Assembly: GCA_965261795.1 (NCBI GenBank)
Contig: OZ253476.1
Location: forward strand, 2,002,099-2,066,098
Reading direction: 5' to 3'
DNA from: Dehalococcoidia bacterium
GTDB lineage: Bacteria; Chloroflexota; Dehalococcoidia; Lucifugimonadales; UBA3495
DNA: 64,000 bases
Part shown: one piece after another, positions 1 through 8,022 of the stretch
Numbering within the stretch: position 1 is the first letter of the stretch
How the letters are laid out: the number at the start of each line of letters is the position of its first letter
Position numbers and translations under genes: made by a program
The notes under the pieces: generated by a model
Database searches by the model: none
Told to the model about the DNA's origin: nothing
Seen by the model: only the letters and a program-made list of their open reading frames with translations

Positions 1-560
1 TGAGGCTTGGCATCGGAGTGGGCTGGAACCAGGTGGAGTACGAGGCATTGGGAGAGAACTTCAATGACCGGGGCAGACGCAGTGAAGAGCAGATCGAGTT
101 GCTGCGGGCGCTCTGGACCAATGAGGTCGTTGATTTTCATGGCCGATGGAACAACGTTGCCCACGCCGGTATCAGCCCGTTGCCGGTACAACGACCCATT
201 CCCGTCTGGCTGGGGGCCGGAGGTCGGGCAAGCCCGATTCCCAGCGACCGGGTGTTGCGGCGGGTGGGGCGCTTGGCCGACGGCTGGTTTCCCCAGTTCC
301 AATGGGGCGAGGAAGGGAAGGCGGCCATTGCCAAGGTGCACGAGGCCGCACGGCAAGCAGGCCGGGACCCATCCGCCATAGGACTGGAGCCCCGGATCAA
401 CTTCTCCGACGGGAACCCGGAGTTCTGGCAGGAACAAGCCACCATCTGGCGGGACGCCGGGGCGACCCACTTTGGGGTCAACACCATGCGCGGCGGGTTG
501 GAAACACCACAGCAGCATATTGACGCAATCCAGCAGTTCATGGAGGTAGTGGGGGGATAG
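1..560 (+). CDS. LLM-class (luciferase-like) F420-dependent oxidoreductase, C-terminal fragment (5' end outside window)
   Basis: Frame is open from base 3 with no upstream stop. LGIGVGWNQVEYEALGENFNDRGRRSEEQIELLRALWTNEVVDFHGRW...PVQRPIPVWLGAGG is the conserved core of TIGR03619-type LLM oxidoreductases. TAG stop at 558-560. Confidence 0.8.
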   Translation, partial: RLGIGVGWNQVEYEALGENFNDRGRRSEEQIELLRALWTNEVVDFHGRWNNVAHAGISPLPVQRPIPVWLGAGGRASPIPSDRVLRRVGRLADGWFPQFQWGEEGKAAIAKVHEAARQAGRDPSAIGLEPRINFSDGNPEFWQEQATIWRDAGATHFGVNTMRGGLETPQQHIDAIQQFMEVVGG

Positions 561-659
561 CCCGGGTCCGGGTACGGCCGCAGACGGACTACAATAGAGT
601 TAATGTTTCGCTGTGGCGAATCTGCCTTTGGCACGATGCTTCTGCAAAGGACAACGGGC

Positions 660-1457
660 ATGACCACAACAGGATGCGACCCCCGGGCGCTCCAAGTCGC
701 CCGGGAACTACACCAAGCCGAGCAGCCGGAGATAACCATTCTCTTCGGGTCGAGAGCTCGGGGCGACTATGAGGAAGGCCGCTCGGACATTGACATCCTG
801 TTAATCAGGGACAATCTACCGACCTTGGAACAGGAAACCGTCATTGAACAAAACGCGGAAGAGCTGACGCAATCCCTGTACGGTTGGAAGGTGCCGGTGC
901 AAACCGTTTGGTATACGAGCCGCGAGTTTGACCAAATGCGCCGCACTGTCAACCATGTTATAGCCCGTGCCTTAAAGGACGGAATAATCATGCCGAGCGA
1001 CCCGGAGGACTACGGCAACCGTTATAGTGACGATGAGCAGGACCACAGCCAAGAATGGACGATAACCGGCGAAAGCTGCCGCCACGCGGAAAACCACCTT
1101 GTAATGTTTGACTTGATTATCGACTCCGGAAGAGCGGGCATGGACGACATGATGGGCCAGCAAGCTCATCAAGCCTTGGAACACGCGATGAAGGGTCTTA
1201 TCTCGGCCCGCGGGTGGCAGTACAAGACGACTCATAATCTGAACGAACTGGTGGGACAGATACGCCGGGCAGACCCGGCATTCCGATTCAAGCTGACCAT
1301 CAACGGGGAAATCTACAATCAGTACGTCGGCAGCGACGAGTACGAACGCACCGATAACCTCCTCACCAGCATTCCCAACTTCTACGTGACTACAAAATCG
1401 GACGTACAGTTACTGCTGGACCGGACCAATCAAGTTCAAGACGACAAATCAAGATAG
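660..1457 (+). CDS. nucleotidyltransferase domain fused to HEPN-like domain protein
   Basis: Minimal NTase motif ITILFGSRARGDYEEGRSDIDILLI, then a helical HEPN-like half (ALEHAMKGLISARGWQYKTTHNLNELV). ATG 660 chosen by alignment to the paralogue at 62121-62936; the longest ORF starts at 603. Confidence 0.7.
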   Translation: MTTTGCDPRALQVARELHQAEQPEITILFGSRARGDYEEGRSDIDILLIRDNLPTLEQETVIEQNAEELTQSLYGWKVPVQTVWYTSREFDQMRRTVNHVIARALKDGIIMPSDPEDYGNRYSDDEQDHSQEWTITGESCRHAENHLVMFDLIIDSGRAGMDDMMGQQAHQALEHAMKGLISARGWQYKTTHNLNELVGQIRRADPAFRFKLTINGEIYNQYVGSDEYERTDNLLTSIPNFYVTTKSDVQLLLDRTNQVQDDKSR

Positions 1458-1470
1458 GAATGGGACGTGG

Positions 1471-1620
1471 GTTCACGCTGTGAACGGGTGTGATTAAAAG
1501 TAGTTGGAATATCAAGGATGGTATATCCGCCATGGTGGGAGTCCTCGATATGGGATATGGCGGACGGGACGCCCGCGCTCCCATCTGACCAACCAGTTTT
1601 GGTCACACCCGCTGTGAACA
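1471..1620. repeat. ~150-bp intergenic element bounded by imperfect inverted repeats
   Basis: GTTCAC..GGGTGTGA (1471-1493) is complementary to TCACACCC..GTGAAC (1603-1619). Nested pair TCCGCCAT (1526-1533) / ATGGCGGA (1557-1564). No ORF. Confidence 0.4.
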
Positions 1621-1707
1621 CTTGATTTGATAAATGGACGCGGCGGGCGGTTAAACCGGGGCGGGACCGCCGAACCTGATTCTGCAACGGCAACAAGGAG
1701 GCGGGTT

Positions 1708-2577
1708 ATGGCGCTTCAGGTGGACCACCGGACAGCGGTGGTAAACGGCATAAACATCCACTACGTCATCCAAGGTGAAGGCTTCCCCGTAATGTTGTTG
1801 CACGGGTGGCCGGAGTTCTGGTACAGCTGGCGGGAGCAGATTCCCGTACTGTCGGAACGGGTCCAGGTCATCGTGCCCGACATGCGAGGGTTCGGGTATT
1901 CGGACAAGCCCGCTTCAGGCTACGATACCCGCACCGCGGCTTCGGACATGTATGAACTGGCCCGGCACCTCGGCCACGAGCAGGTGGCAATCGTGGCCCA
2001 CGACATCGGCGTGAGGGTGGCGTTCCGTTTCGCGTTGGACCACGAAGGAGCGGTGCAGCGCTTGGCCTTTCTGGACTCGACTCCGCCCATGGAGCAGCTG
2101 GGTCCGCAGGAGCCGGCGGTGGTGAGAGAGCGATGGCATTCCTACTTCCACCAGCAGTTCGACCTGCCGGAGAAGCTCATCGAGGGGCGCGAGGAGGTCT
2201 ACCTGCGCCATATTTTCCGTGACTGGACCATCAACAAGTACCCGCCCAGCCCCGAAGAGGTGGCGGAATACGTGCGGGCCTACTCCCAGCCGGGAGCGTT
2301 GCGGGGAGGATTCAGCTACTACCGGGCGGCGGCCTACCAGGACCCGGCGGACTGGCGGGCCGACGCCGACAGGCAACTGCCCACGCCGGCGCTTTTCCTT
2401 TACGGCGCCCGGCGCGCCCGGACGGCCGAGGCCGCCGGAGCGGGGCCGATAAGCGAGGCTTGGAGCAAAATCTTCCCCAACTCCCGCTCTAAAGACTTGG
2501 GCAACTACGGCCACTTTCTGCAATGGGAGTGCCCCGCGGAGGTTAACCGGGAACTGCTGGCCTTCCTCAGCGAGTAA
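1708..2577 (+). CDS. alpha/beta hydrolase, epoxide hydrolase / haloalkane dehalogenase-like
   Basis: HGWPEFWYSWREQIPVL and DMRGFGYSDKP motifs. ATG 1708 is preceded by AAGGAGG (1695-1701). Confidence 0.85.
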   Translation: MALQVDHRTAVVNGINIHYVIQGEGFPVMLLHGWPEFWYSWREQIPVLSERVQVIVPDMRGFGYSDKPASGYDTRTAASDMYELARHLGHEQVAIVAHDIGVRVAFRFALDHEGAVQRLAFLDSTPPMEQLGPQEPAVVRERWHSYFHQQFDLPEKLIEGREEVYLRHIFRDWTINKYPPSPEEVAEYVRAYSQPGALRGGFSYYRAAAYQDPADWRADADRQLPTPALFLYGARRARTAEAAGAGPISEAWSKIFPNSRSKDLGNYGHFLQWECPAEVNRELLAFLSE

Positions 2578-2648
2578 CCGCCGTTAGTCCTTGAGTCGCC
2601 TCTCGTAGCGGCCCCCCCGCTACAGGCGGGGTCTGCCTTTAGACGACA

Positions 2649-3176
2649 TTGCAGGAATCACCAGTGAATTTGGCTTGGTGGGACGGGCTTCATGGGTCCT
2701 TGGAGGTCCCGGCCATGGCCAGGCTGCTCTCTTTGCCAATTGGCAAGCGGGTGCTGTTGTTGGGATGCGGGGGCGGGGTCGCGTTGCCGGCCTTGGCGAG
2801 ACACTGCAAGCCCAAGACGCTGGTAGGGATCGACATCTCAAGGGACGCGCTTGACGAGGCGGCGGCTCTGCTTGGAAAAGAGCAAGCCGCCGCCGGTTTG
2901 GTCCACGCCGACGCCCACCGGATGCCATTCGCCGATGGGGCGTTCGACGTGGTAGTCGACTTCGGACTTTGTTACCAAGCCGGAAATGCTGCCCAAGTCC
3001 TCCAAGAAATAGCCCGGGTCCTTAAAACTGGCGGAATGTTAGCGCATGAAACGCCCTTGGCCCAGTTGTTGGCCCACCCACTGTACTCTCTCAGGCATGG
3101 GCTGTCGGCCGTTGGCAGCCCGGACCTCGTTCCGCGGCGAAACGCCCTGCTGTGGGCGGTCCGCACGAAAGTTTGA
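2649..3176 (+). CDS. class I SAM-dependent methyltransferase
   Basis: SAM-binding VLLLGCGGG, GIDISRDALDEA, HRMPFADGAFDVVVD. Start uncertain (TTG 2649, GTG 2664 or ATG 2715). Confidence 0.75.
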   Translation: MQESPVNLAWWDGLHGSLEVPAMARLLSLPIGKRVLLLGCGGGVALPALARHCKPKTLVGIDISRDALDEAAALLGKEQAAAGLVHADAHRMPFADGAFDVVVDFGLCYQAGNAAQVLQEIARVLKTGGMLAHETPLAQLLAHPLYSLRHGLSAVGSPDLVPRRNALLWAVRTKV

Positions 3177-3285
3177 ACTCTTACGATGGAGGGATTTTGT
3201 TGACCGTTGGCGGCAACCGTGTTTAGCTTGCCGCCGAGTTAACAAGCTTAAGTCTCAAGTTGGTGGCCGGAGGAGAGTGGGAGCA

Positions 3286-3906
3286 ATGAAATTAAAGATA
3301 CATAATCCCCGCATACTTGTGGTGTTGCTCCTGATGATCGGGGCCTTGGCTACTTCAGCGATACTACTGGCAAATCAAGAGGACGACGAATTTCCGACCA
3401 AGTCGTTGTCTATACCCACGGCTCCCATTGCAAATTCCATCTCTGACCAATACCAGAAAGAGGCGATAAATGTGGTGAAAGATTCGGGAGTAGTGGAAAC
3501 CATCAACGGTGACCAAGAATGGAAAGCCACTCGAGTCCTTCCGACCAAGTTAGCGGGAACTGAAGCTGTCGCCGTAAATGTAACGTGGAGCAATCCGGTA
3601 GAGAGCACCGGGCCGTGGTCTGTGTTGCACTGCAGCAATACGCTGAAAGCATTCACAACAGCGCCTTGGAGGCAGGTGAAGAGACTTGAGGTGACAGTGA
3701 ACATGAAAACTAGGTCTGTGGTCGGCCTCGCGGTCATAAGTGAAAAAGAAGAAGATGTTCCGCTGCCAGTTATGGAAAGTCTGGACGCCGATGACAAGGT
3801 CAAGCTATTAGACGTGAAGACTGGGGATATAGTATATGAGGGCCCCGTTTCCGGTGCCCCCCGGTTGGAAGAAGTGTGTGCGGAAGGCACCTACTACCGT
3901 GACTAG
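3286..3906 (+). CDS. hypothetical membrane-anchored extracytoplasmic protein (two-Cys domain, paralogue 1)
   Basis: ATG 3286 followed by a hydrophobic anchor ILVVLLLMIGALATSAILL. Shares ordered motifs and the C-terminal C..G.YYRD-stop with 7296-7913. Confidence 0.6.
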   Translation: MKLKIHNPRILVVLLLMIGALATSAILLANQEDDEFPTKSLSIPTAPIANSISDQYQKEAINVVKDSGVVETINGDQEWKATRVLPTKLAGTEAVAVNVTWSNPVESTGPWSVLHCSNTLKAFTTAPWRQVKRLEVTVNMKTRSVVGLAVISEKEEDVPLPVMESLDADDKVKLLDVKTGDIVYEGPVSGAPRLEEVCAEGTYYRD

Positions 3907-3924
3907 ATACCGGATGGTTGCGTT

Positions 3925-5085
3925 ATGAACCCCAACGGCTCAGTTGATAAGTCCCCATCACGCATCAGCAAGGAGGTTGAAACCGTCGTCATGCGATGCT
4001 TGGAAATTGTACGGTTACCCATATTGGCGCTCCTCGTCCTCGCGGCGTTGCTATATCTGGCAACGTCCGTTATTAGCCTCTTTACCGCCGTAGCCGTGTC
4101 CAACGCCGGTACAGCGCCCACGGGGACCTTCCATGCGGTGCAAATTGGAGATATCCACGAGAATAACAACCCGGATTACGTCTATAACTGGGACTTCAAT
4201 AGTCGTAACAGGACGAGCGACAATGTTGATTGGGGAATGAGATTCCTGTTCGCCGGTCAGTATGTAACCGTTGACTACGTCAAAGACCGGCTTGATGACG
4301 CCGGCAACGATCCGTCAATTACTCCTGACATATCCTCATCCGGATGGGACCAGGATGCGTTCTTGGGCGACGGTCCGCAGCAGACCGGAAGCAACTGGAC
4401 TAGTGACGATGGCATAAAGAATTGGCCGGGATGTATGCCGAACTGGGGCCACATGCGAGTTTACGCCCGGGGACAGGACCACAATTTCCACCCCGCCCTG
4501 GGGAACTACGTAGTGGCTTCCACTCACGTTGACACAGAAAGCGATGGCTGGGACGTTTTTTCGTGCAGAAAACAGTATAGGAGTTATGAGTCCGACGAGA
4601 GTGATTGGCGGACCCGCATAAGCAATCATCTGTTGGGGCTTCCATACAAATGGAGCATCGGTGCAAGTTTCAATTGGCGCAACGCGTCCGGCCCAAACAC
4701 GGAATACGTATACCTTAGCCGTAACCCTAATAATCACCACTACCAGAGCGACGGCCATGGCACGGTTATTAACGTGAGGCATAACTACCCTCCGCAGTTC
4801 CAGAGTGCCCATTACAACTTTCAGGTGAACGAAAGTCAGGGGGCCGGGACTGTCGTGGGCACGGTTTCCGCTACCGATCCGAATACAGGCGATACATTGT
4901 CATACACTATCGTGACGGGGAATAGCGAAGGCAAATTCACCATCGCCGCCGGCACCGGAGAGATTACCGTCGCGGGCCCCTTGGACCCCGCGGTAATCTG
5001 GAGGATGGAGTATACGCTGGTGGTACGGGTCAGCGACCAATACAACGCCAGTGATGATGTTGTGGTGACAATCAGGGTGATTTAG
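3925..5085 (+). CDS. membrane-anchored protein with unassigned W/N/H-rich domain and C-terminal cadherin repeat
   Basis: TM segment LPILALLVLAALLYLATSVISLF. The last ~100 aa read as a cadherin repeat (YNFQVNESQGAGTVVGTVSATDPNTGDTLSYTIVTGNSEGKFTI...TGEITVAGPLD...EYTLVVRVSD). Confidence 0.65.
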   Translation: MNPNGSVDKSPSRISKEVETVVMRCLEIVRLPILALLVLAALLYLATSVISLFTAVAVSNAGTAPTGTFHAVQIGDIHENNNPDYVYNWDFNSRNRTSDNVDWGMRFLFAGQYVTVDYVKDRLDDAGNDPSITPDISSSGWDQDAFLGDGPQQTGSNWTSDDGIKNWPGCMPNWGHMRVYARGQDHNFHPALGNYVVASTHVDTESDGWDVFSCRKQYRSYESDESDWRTRISNHLLGLPYKWSIGASFNWRNASGPNTEYVYLSRNPNNHHYQSDGHGTVINVRHNYPPQFQSAHYNFQVNESQGAGTVVGTVSATDPNTGDTLSYTIVTGNSEGKFTIAAGTGEITVAGPLDPAVIWRMEYTLVVRVSDQYNASDDVVVTIRVI

Positions 5086-5087
5086 AC

Positions 5088-6161
5088 TTGGCGGCGGATA
5101 TGACCCGGCAACTTAATTCAATGGCTATTTCCGATGCCATAAGAGCGGGCGCTACTTTGGCGCTTTGTTCCGCCGTGGTGGTCCTGCTGGGGTTATTGGC
5201 CGGATGCCGAACGCCCCCTGTAGAAGATCCGCTGCCTGTGCTCGACGGCCCGGGGCGGGTGTCCTTCGAGTCCCTGGGTTGGACCGAGGATGCTCTGATC
5301 ACAAGCGGCTCGAACAACGCCAAGGTCCGTTTCCTGCTGCCCGACGATGCGGCCCAAGCAAAACCCCTGTGGTACGGCGCCCGCATCGCCTACGAGTGGA
5401 CTGGCAATCCCGGAGCGGCCGGTTCGGGCGGGGAGGTGGGAGACCATGCTTTGCTCGTGGGGAGCTGGAATGGGCACGGGTTTTACCAACTGCAGCTGAA
5501 GACCTTGTCGGATCTGGACGGCGGCTACCGGTGGTCGATGGTGGACATGGTCAACGGCGGCAGCCACGGGTACGAGACCACCCCGACCTTCGCCGCCGCT
5601 TCCACTAATTTCGCTATGTACAAGGCGGTCCGTCCGGGATGGAACGAGGTCTTCATCCACCCGTTTCTCTTCGACGCCGGCAACAAGGACGTCAGGATCG
5701 TTGTCAAGAAAGAGTCCGAGATCATCGCCACGTCCTGGCAACGCCCTTCCTTCAAGGCGAAGGCGGTTGCGGAAGTCAAGGACGACGCTATACACCTAAA
5801 GCTCGACGGCGAGAACCAGGGATGGGGCGCGCCGGGCTTGACGGTGCGAGCTGAAGTCTTCCGTGAGGATGGCAGGAGGCGCGTGCATACTTGGGGCCAA
5901 GGGCCGCTGGAACCGCTGGGTCCGGTGAAGTTTGAACAAACCATCCCCAACAAGCACGAGTCGCCCGTTGTCAGCATAGTTATGAGTCTCGACTGGGGGT
6001 CCGGACGCCAGCCGTACTTGGCTTGGCCGGAGGAGCCTGAGCCGCCTTGGTACACTTGGGGCGTATTTCGCTCGTCCATCGGCGCCATGATTGCGCTGGT
6101 GGTGGTGTGGGTGGGAGGTCCGATGTTGTTCGGGGCTATACGAGAGACCCGCCGGGGTTGA
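5088..6161 (+). CDS. hypothetical lipoprotein with C-terminal TM helix
   Basis: Signal-like LALCSAVVVLLGLLAGC with lipobox LLAGC. C-terminal hydrophobic IGAMIALVVVWVGGPMLFGAI. Lies 2 nt after the upstream stop. Confidence 0.55.
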   Translation: MAADMTRQLNSMAISDAIRAGATLALCSAVVVLLGLLAGCRTPPVEDPLPVLDGPGRVSFESLGWTEDALITSGSNNAKVRFLLPDDAAQAKPLWYGARIAYEWTGNPGAAGSGGEVGDHALLVGSWNGHGFYQLQLKTLSDLDGGYRWSMVDMVNGGSHGYETTPTFAAASTNFAMYKAVRPGWNEVFIHPFLFDAGNKDVRIVVKKESEIIATSWQRPSFKAKAVAEVKDDAIHLKLDGENQGWGAPGLTVRAEVFREDGRRRVHTWGQGPLEPLGPVKFEQTIPNKHESPVVSIVMSLDWGSGRQPYLAWPEEPEPPWYTWGVFRSSIGAMIALVVVWVGGPMLFGAIRETRRG

Positions 6162-6715
6162 AGGCGATTCTAAGCGTCCAAAACGCCTTGGTGGTCTTCA
6201 TCGCAATCGCCCTGACCGCCGCCGTGTTGCTGGTGACGGGGCTGGTCCAGCTTCAGCGGAACGCCTTCGACGAAGCCCCGCCCTTTTCCTCAATCTCAGA
6301 GTTCCCGTCCACCGATGAGGCCGATAGGGCAGCCATGACGGAACTTGCCGCCGCATTTCTGGAGTCGGCTGAGTGGAGCGGGAAGGGTATTTCAGCGGAA
6401 GGCTGGAGCTTGGCCGACGTTGCTCCGTTGACCCGCCGCGGTGAACGCATAGGGGTTTACGCCGATATCCGGTTCGAGCGGCAACTGTGGCTCTCAGGAC
6501 CCCTGCAATTCATCAGGTGCGGGCAGGATGAGACTTGGGAGGCGCCGAGCGGGGAGTTTACGCTCGGCGGCATCGTCATCTGGCTCTTGGACTGGGAGTC
6601 CCAACCCTATAACGTCCTGCCCCTCAACCGGAACGGAGAACTTCCAAAACTGCGAGACGTGGAGTCGTTCGTTACGGCGCCTGCCGATTGTCCGGGCGCA
6701 GTCGGGGCTTCTTAA
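6158..6715 (+). CDS. hypothetical membrane-anchored protein (distant member of the two-Cys family)
   Basis: TTG 6158 overlaps the upstream TGA as TTGA. Anchor ALVVFIAIALTAAVLLVTGLV. GPLQFIRC and C-terminal ADCPG sit in the same relative positions as GPW..HC and C.PG in the paralogues. Confidence 0.5.
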   Translation: MKAILSVQNALVVFIAIALTAAVLLVTGLVQLQRNAFDEAPPFSSISEFPSTDEADRAAMTELAAAFLESAEWSGKGISAEGWSLADVAPLTRRGERIGVYADIRFERQLWLSGPLQFIRCGQDETWEAPSGEFTLGGIVIWLLDWESQPYNVLPLNRNGELPKLRDVESFVTAPADCPGAVGAS

Positions 6716-6727
6716 CCCGCATCTGGA

Positions 6728-6745
6728 CTCCCGCTTTCGCGGGAG
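6728..6745. repeat. hairpin of the TCCCGC-N4-GCGGGA family
   Basis: CTCCCGC-TTTC-GCGGGAG followed by CGACGG. Same architecture as ATTCCCGC-CTGC-GCGGGAAT-GACGG at 9834, 26615 and 27716. Confidence 0.6.
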
Positions 6746-6770
6746 CGACGGTGGAATGGGGGGCATGTGA

Positions 6771-7292
6771 ATGTTGCAGGTCGCCGGAGGATATAATGGG
6801 CAGCACACTTTGGCAGCGGGAGAGACTGCGTCATGGAGAGCATCGGCAGAGGAGCAAGCCGGTTTGAAGGCGGTCACGACGACTGCGGCTCAGAAGGAGT
6901 GCAGCCGTGACAACCCGGATAATACGGTGAGAGACCATCGGGGACAAGCGTGGGAGTTCCTGGACAAGGGGAGGGAGTACTTGGCTCAGGATGACTTACA
7001 CCAAGCGTCCAAGAAGGGCTGGGGCGCGGCAGCCCATATGGTCAAGGCCGTTGCCGAGGCCCAGGGCTGGGATTACAGAAGGCATGACCAATTCCACACC
7101 GTGATTTACCAAGCTATGGCTGTAACGGGCAATAATCAATTGAGGCGGTTGGGGAATGCAGCTAACACCCTTCATAGCAACTATTACCAAAGGAAGTTCC
7201 TTTTGGATGCTGGTGCCATTGGGCAAGGTATTGACGATGTAGAGGAATTGCTTAATGCGCTCCAGCCGCTGACCGATAATGGATACAGCTAA
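6771..7292 (+). CDS. PaREP1-like / HEPN-superfamily helical protein
   Basis: LAQDDLHQASKKGWGAAAHMVKAVAEAQGW...HDQFH...ANTLHSNYYQ follows the PaREP1-type pattern (EK.WGA...A.KA ... LH.N.Y). No signal peptide. N-terminal extent uncertain. Confidence 0.5.
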   Translation: MLQVAGGYNGQHTLAAGETASWRASAEEQAGLKAVTTTAAQKECSRDNPDNTVRDHRGQAWEFLDKGREYLAQDDLHQASKKGWGAAAHMVKAVAEAQGWDYRRHDQFHTVIYQAMAVTGNNQLRRLGNAANTLHSNYYQRKFLLDAGAIGQGIDDVEELLNALQPLTDNGYS

Positions 7293-7295
7293 AGT

Positions 7296-7913
7296 ATGAG
7301 ACCAAAGATGCCGTCCCGCCGGATGCTCAAGGTGATTCTCCTAGTCACGTTGTTTATCGGCTGCAACTTCTACTATTGGCCGGTAACGGAATCAATGGTC
7401 TTGGGCAGCGGGCCGGGACCGCCATCCAACGGGCCGTACTTCACTGACGAGGAGGAACGGGAGGCGGTGGAAATTATAAGGGCGTCCGGTGTCGTGGAAC
7501 GAGTCAATGGTGGCCAGGATTGGGAACCTGACATTAGGGGGGGCAGCCGCTGGAGCGCCCTTGCGGGCACAAGGGGTATGAGGGTAGAGGTTACGTGGGA
7601 AGGCGTGGTGAACAGCAAAGGCCCTTGGGCTTTGATCCATTGCCAAGGCACACGGAAAGCAGTGCATAAACAGCAGTGGGACCTGATTAGCCGTCTGGCG
7701 GTATGGGTGGACTTGGATGCCCGGTCCGTGGTGGCCTACGGGGTTACGAGTTGGCCCGAAGATAACCACGAACCAATCATAGGTCCCGTAAGTTGGTTCT
7801 CTTTGGCCAAGGTGTACGACGTGGAGAGTGGGAGACTGCTATTGATTGCGCCCCCGTTCCTGATTCCCCCGGAGCCGATTTTGTGTGGGCCGGGGAGGTA
7901 CTACCGGGACTAG
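7296..7913 (+). CDS. hypothetical anchored extracytoplasmic protein (two-Cys domain, paralogue 2)
   Basis: Anchor MLKVILLVTLFIGC. ASGVVERVNGGQDW, VEVTWEGVVNSKGPWALIHC, RLAVWVDLDARSVV and CGPGRYYRD-stop align with 3286-3906. Confidence 0.6.
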   Translation: MRPKMPSRRMLKVILLVTLFIGCNFYYWPVTESMVLGSGPGPPSNGPYFTDEEEREAVEIIRASGVVERVNGGQDWEPDIRGGSRWSALAGTRGMRVEVTWEGVVNSKGPWALIHCQGTRKAVHKQQWDLISRLAVWVDLDARSVVAYGVTSWPEDNHEPIIGPVSWFSLAKVYDVESGRLLLIAPPFLIPPEPILCGPGRYYRD

Positions 7914-8002
7914 CGGTCCAACATTTTTGTATTGAGGGGTAAACCGGGGCAATCACAAGGGTTGCCCCTATCGCTGAGTTTGTCGAAGGGTCTCCGGATT
8001 TT

Positions 8003-8022
8003 TGGTTTGAGATAGTTTCTTA
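8003..8022. repeat. solo right terminus of the MITE-like element
   Basis: TTGGTTTGAGATAGTTTCTTAG matches GTTTTGAGATAGTTTCTTAG at 10431-10450. It includes the TAA stop of the dienelactone hydrolase gene. Confidence 0.55.

Noticed and set aside
6047-6157. N-terminal 37 codons of the 222-aa ORF, overlapping the preceding gene
   Set aside because: The overlap lies in the hydrophobic C-terminus of the upstream protein. The TTG at 6158, forming a TTGA overlap directly before the TM anchor, is the more economical start.
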